Below are positions 62,650-64,000 of a stretch of 64,000 nucleotides of DNA, piece by piece. Below the pieces are notes generated by a model. That model did not search any database and was not told the DNA's origin. It worked only from the letters and a program-made list of their open reading frames with translations. The first letter of the stretch is position 1. Each line of letters begins with the position of its first letter. Source of the DNA: Dehalococcoidia bacterium (GTDB lineage Bacteria > Chloroflexota > Dehalococcoidia > Lucifugimonadales > UBA3495). Where the stretch lies: positions 32,001 through 96,000 of the forward strand of contig JASLXV010000080.1 in assembly GCA_030740155.1 (NCBI GenBank), in the 5' to 3' direction. Both the position numbers and the translations under genes were made by a program.

Positions 62650-62890
62650 TCGCCTCGGACCGGTTCCTGCACCGGGAAGATAGCGAGCCGGTCGTCCCGC
62701 AGGCATTCGGATACGTCGATGCCGATGGAGCCCATCTGTTTGGCCAGGCTGCGGGCCAGGTGCTGGCACAGCACGCTCTTTCCCGAGGTGGTAGATTCCT
62801 CAATCAGGGACAGGGTCCCCAGCATTACGCCTCCGCCCAGGATGGACTCCAGGCCGGTCAAGGCGCCGGCGGACCGGATGAAGACCTTGG
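62650..62890 (-). pseudogene. Remnant of a FlaH/KaiC-like RecA-fold ATPase
   Basis: LESILGGGVMLGTLSLIEESTTSGKSVLCQHL joined directly to SLAKQMGSIGIDVS; altered Walker A, internal deletion, truncated. Confidence 0.6.
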
Positions 62891-63027
62891 CGCCCGGGTC
62901 GTCGAGATCCCTTGTTACTCTGGCGCTTCCGGCTGTTGCTTGACCCTCACCGGAAATCATGTACGATTGGCGTTGTAGCTGGGTTGATGAGGGAATTCAA
63001 GGTTGACCGGTTCGGTCAAAAGGAGAG

Positions 63028-63399
63028 ATGATGCCGGCGTTTGCTCGAGTCTTTACCGGCGCCGATGGAAAGTCCCACCTCGAAGACATGGAGCCGCCCT
63101 TTGTCTCGTTCGTCGATACCGAGGGTGCCCATGGAGAGGGCACTCCGGTGGAGGCGGCCACCGGCATTACCATCCGGCGCAACGCTCCCGGGTATTTTCT
63201 GGATTGGCATTGCGCTCCGCGGCGCCAGTACACCATCAACATTGGGGGAGAGGTTGAGATAGGGACCGGCGATGGCGCGGTGCGGCGGTTCGGGCCGGGC
63301 TCGGTGCTGCTGGCCGAAGACCTCACCGGCCAGGGGCATACCACTCGGGTTGTGGGCACGGAGACCCGGTACACCATAGTGGTGCCGCTGGCCGGGTGA
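63028..63399 (+). CDS. Cupin-domain protein
   Basis: GADGKSHLED, DWHCAPRRQY, GDGAVRRFGPG and EDLTGQGH. Confidence 0.85.
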   Translation: MMPAFARVFTGADGKSHLEDMEPPFVSFVDTEGAHGEGTPVEAATGITIRRNAPGYFLDWHCAPRRQYTINIGGEVEIGTGDGAVRRFGPGSVLLAEDLTGQGHTTRVVGTETRYTIVVPLAG

Positions 63400-63427
63400 G
63401 TTCCGGGGCTCCCACCGAAAAGACACT

Positions 63428-63496
63428 GCCCCCTCACCCTGGTCTTATCCCTCGGGCACTCCCTTCTCCCTCAGGGAGAAGGCTAGGATGAGGGGC
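63428..63496. repeat. Palindromic repeat (CCCTCACCC..GGGAGAAGG type)
   Basis: GCCCCCTCACCCT..CCTTCTCCC-TCA-GGGAGAAGG..AGGATGAGGGGC. Confidence 0.6.
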
Positions 63497-63678
63497 AAAG
63501 GGTACTTGCCCGCCGGTTTGATCAGGTATTCCACGCATCGGTGGTTGCTGCTGTAGTACGCGTGGAGCCGCGTTCGGGCCGCTATCCGCATTCGACGCGA
63601 CCTTGCAATATAGCAGCCGCCGTGTATCATAGATGCAACCCTCGTAGTGACTTAACCTCATCTCAGCCAGGAGGGACT

Positions 63679-64000
63679 ATGGCGGACACCGTGAATGTAC
63701 GAAACATGCGCCTGGTGAATCCTCAGGGAGTGCATCTAGCCTCTGGGGCGTTCGAGTTGAACGCTCGGCCCGGTGAGTTGGCCGGCAAGCGGCTGGGCCT
63801 GCTGGAAAACTCCAAGTCGAACTCGGACAAAGTTCTCCATCAACTCGGGGAGATTTTCAAGGAAAAGCACGGTCTCAAGGACGTCGTATACCTGAGCAAG
63901 CACAGCGCCTCTCTGCCAACGAAGCCGGAGGTGATCCAGCAGATGTTGGACGGGGTGGACCTGTTGGTTACCGGGATAGGTGATTGAGGCTCCTGCAGTT
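63679..64000 (+). CDS. UGSC family selenoprotein (in-frame TGA read as Sec; runs off the window)
   Basis: LGLLENSKSNSD..TGIGD followed by TGA GGC TCC TGC AGT = U-G-S-C-S; ATG after GGAGG. Confidence 0.85.

Overview
GC-rich bacterial chromosomal window. The RpoB/RpoC/SecA/DnaA sequences and gene content look most like Chloroflexota (Dehalococcoidia/SAR202-like); this placement is inference, not a database result. Core genes: secA, rpoB-rpoC with a translationally coupled pyrD-like gene, class I DAHP synthase, a branched-chain 2-oxoacid dehydrogenase operon with lipB, dnaA and thiI. Also present: a csoR-copA-YHS copper module, many catabolic paralogues (class III CoA-transferase pair, MaoC, PrpD, amidohydrolases, Mo-hydroxylase large subunit), and several families of intergenic palindromic repeats. 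No CRISPR array, rRNA, tRNA or transposase was seen. The best signal missing from the ORF track is a complete ribosome-dependent attenuator upstream of the DAHP synthase gene: a probably leaderless 30-aa peptide containing FYGYYWLF, followed by an antiterminator and a terminator, which could sense Phe, Tyr and Trp together. Other highlights: helically phased DnaA-box arrays (four at exactly 21-bp period just after dnaA, three more about 13 kb away), a UGSC selenoprotein with an in-frame TGA at the right edge, a PAP2 phosphatase fused to a kinase-like domain, a MoaD/ThiS protein with a capped Gly-Gly end, a candidate 6S-like RNA upstream of dnaA, and a decayed FlaH/KaiC-like ATPase. Several apparent single-base indels may be assembly errors.
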